In this document: in pieces, positions 61,401-64,000 of the stretch
Numbering within the stretch: position 1 is the stretch's first letter
Layout of the letters: the number at the start of each line of letters is the position of its first letter
Assembly: GCF_044704955.1 (NCBI RefSeq)
Contig: NC_091987.1
Coordinates: 85,002,001 to 85,066,000 of the forward strand
Length of the DNA: 64,000 nt
From: Pristiophorus japonicus
Lineage: Eukaryota
Reading direction: 5' to 3'
Notes under the pieces: generated by a model
Database searches by the model: none
The model's input: only the letters and a program-made list of their open reading frames with translations
What the model was told of the DNA's origin: nothing
Made by a program: the position numbers and the translations under genes

Positions 61401-62644
61401 ATGGCCCTTTCCCCAGCGCGCACAGTCAGACCCAGGAATTTGACTTCCTTCTGGCTGATCTGTGCCTTCTTGGGGTTTACTTTAAACCCTTCTTCTTTTA
61501 GCAGCTCCAGCAGCTCAGCCAGCAGTGGGCCATGCTCCTCCCCCTGATCGGTGAACAGGAGCAGGTCATCCACATACTGCACCAACTGCTGGGGTTTGCT
61601 AAAGCCCTTTAAACAGTTCGCCATGCATTGGTGAAAAATGCTGGGACTATTGTGGAAGCCTTGGGGAAGACAGTTCCACGTGTATTGTTGGCCCTTAAAG
61701 GTAAAGGCGAACTTGTACTGGTCCTCCCGTTTTAAAGGAATGGACCAGAACCCATTTGAAATGTCCAGCACTGTGAAAGTGGTCGCAGATGCTGGAATAC
61801 TCCCTATGAGATACGCTATGGCTGCTACAGTGGGTGCACAGGCAGGGATATTCTTATTTAGTACTCGATAGTCCACGGTGGCCCTCCATGAGTTGTCCGG
61901 TTTCTTAACTGGCCAAAGTGGAGAGTTTACATGGGTTGCTATCGGTCTTAACAACCCTTGCTCTACCAGTGATCCCAGCGCCGTTGTCAGGTCTGCCTCT
62001 GTCTCCCTGAAGAAGTTATATTGCTTTTGTGGTCGGGTCATGGGGTCCCCTACTATACTAACTTCCACCCCCGTTACCCTACCACAGTCATGTTTGTGGG
62101 TGGCAAATGCTGCAAGGTGTGCCCGTACATATGCCTGGTACTCCACTGGGGTGTTACTGACCAGTAATTCCAAGTCGTAACCCTCCTTTGGCTTCACGGT
62201 ACACAATGTTCCCTTGGCCCCTTTTTCTGGGATCACCGCCACCTCACCTTCCCTGTCAGTCACTATGGCTCCCCATAGACAGTGGTTCCTGTGATCCACT
62301 AGGATCTGGTGGCCAATGATAAAATCAGCTCCCAGGATCCCTTTTCCCTTTTGCTCCCATTTCATCAGGACACACTTCCATTTGGTTTTGAGTGTCCCTA
62401 ACTGAATGGTGAGCGGGATGGAAAACTAACCAGTTTGCTCATTACCTGTGAACCCCACTAGACTGTACGGGACCCTGTTCGATAGAGGTGAGGTAGCTGG
62501 GTTATCTTCATATACAAGGGTGCTGGAAGCACCAGTATCTAGCAGGTAGGTCCCTTTCACTTTCTCCACCTTCATCGTAACGCACGGTCTCTTCCAGGCA
62601 TCGTACTCTAGGGAACACAGATACACAGGCTGCACTGGCCTTAG
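58487..62644 (-). pseudogene. pol: pol of a retrovirus-like LTR element: PR-RT-tether-RNase H-IN; two in-frame stops (62426, 61373) and frameshifts (~59375, ~59060)
   Basis: LLDTGAS; LPQGFHNSP, YVDD; IYVDGS..SAQHAEL..SDS..KVKAH..GNQQAD; HHCC, QIDYIGP, SDQGSHF, VERLN; GPY motif. Confidence 0.93.
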
Positions 62645-64000
62645 TCATGCATCTGGGTGGGTTGGAGCAGAGGGTTTTACCGTACCGGCTATTGGACCGG
62701 TTGCGATAGCTACTGCTCCCTGTCCGTTTATGAGTGTCTGTAGGGCGGCTACGAGTGTCTCATATGTGTCGGGTGTTCCTGCCCCGGCCTTACGGGCTGG
62801 GGCTGGAGTGGCCTTTCCCTTAGTCTCTTTCCAGGGGTTCCTACAATCCTTCCTCCAGTGCCCACTTTTCCCACACCCAAAACACTCGCCCCCTTTGTGG
62901 GGAGGGTTTCCACCTTCCTGATGCCACTCTCTCTTTCCTTGGCTGGGTTTAATCTCATGGACCCTCCCTTTAGAGGAGGGCTCCTCTGTCCCTCTACTGT
63001 TCCGGTAAGCCAGTGTCAACTGCCTGACCACTGTCTCCTCGGTAGTTCTGGGATCTCTTGGATCGAACCAGACCTCGGCTTTTGCCTTTACTCCAGGTAG
63101 GCTGTTTGCCACCAGGCTGCGGAGCCAGTGAGCCAGCTCGTTAGGGTTCAGGTGGGCCCGGTCAAGAACCTCACTACAGGCCCTTTCGTAGACCGGCCAC
63201 AACCTGTCGGCGAAAGCCTGTGGAGTCTCCCCATCGAGCTGCACTGTCTTCTCCACTCGGGAGAAAGGACTCCCGTCGTTCATACCCATGGCCTCTAGAA
63301 CCTCCTCCTTAACCGTAGCGTACGTGTTTTGCCCCTTTCTGCTGTCTGCAGAGAGGGAATGGCACAGCTTGGTGTCTAGTGAGAAGAGCAACAGCTTAGC
63401 CTGCTCCGAATCATCGCACCCGTTAATATCCCCTGTTTGTTCCACTTCCAGGAAGTGTACCGAGGGATCCCCCTGTTGGGTGAGCTTACTTAGGTGGCCT
63501 ATCATAGCCCTCAGTTTTTGGGTGTCGTGGGGGACTACGAAGTTGCTTTCTAGGGGTCCTGCTGCCCCATTGGCATCAGGCGGGCCAAACTTCTGCTGCC
63601 GGACCTGGTTCCGGCCCTCCTTGTATTGGCTCGCCCTCTTCCCCCTGCTGCCAAGCCGAGTTAAAACTCGGGGCTGCCGGTGTTGGTAGTTTGCAATCCT
63701 TGCCTGCCCCGCACTCTGGCTGACACCCCTGCTGCCCCGGGCCATTCCTGGGAGCTGCAGGCGGTGACAGAGGGGTTTCTCCTTGCCCAACCAGGTGTTC
63801 CTGGGCTAAACCCGGGTTTATCAGACACACCATGCCTTTAGCCCGGGATAGAGCAAGGTTCAAGCTTTGGACCTGCTGCTGCCAGGGGCCGTGGTCTCCT
63901 GCTTCAAATTCCCTGGTACTGGCTACCTGAAAGGCTACCTGAATGTCTCTCACCCTCTCCCCGTACTCTTTAACTTGCTTGGCGAGGCAGGAATTCTCTT
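62645..64000 (-). pseudogene. gag: gag (5' end outside window) with one CCHC zinc knuckle; frameshift near 63590
   Basis: CFGCGKSGHWRKDC; QLDGETPQAFADRL resembling the major homology region; directly upstream of protease. Confidence 0.88.

Overview
Eukaryotic, repeat-dense vertebrate DNA. The repeat content (CR1 LINEs, a Deu-domain SINE, a 67-bp satellite, effector-less C2H2 genes starting ME(K/N)PWKC) points to a cartilaginous fish (shark); this is an inference from repeat style. The window holds two C2H2 zinc-finger genes (17236-17694, 49092-49988) and TRIM pseudogene exons. A >=10-kb inverted duplication (1-~10428 mirrored at ~27635-40265) carries in each arm a bidirectional CpG promoter, a CR1-killed ZNF exon and a well-conserved non-coding exon. 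There are many nested CR1/L2/RTE fragments and at least eight tandem-repeat families. At the right end (56463->64000, minus strand) is a retrovirus-like LTR element with CCHC Gag, an in-frame UGA-CUA gag-pol junction, YVDD RT, a dead tether RNase H plus a second intact RNase H, integrase, no env, and a ~2-kb LTR; this element is the most unusual item. Coordinates of degenerate repeats are approximate and identity figures were counted by eye.
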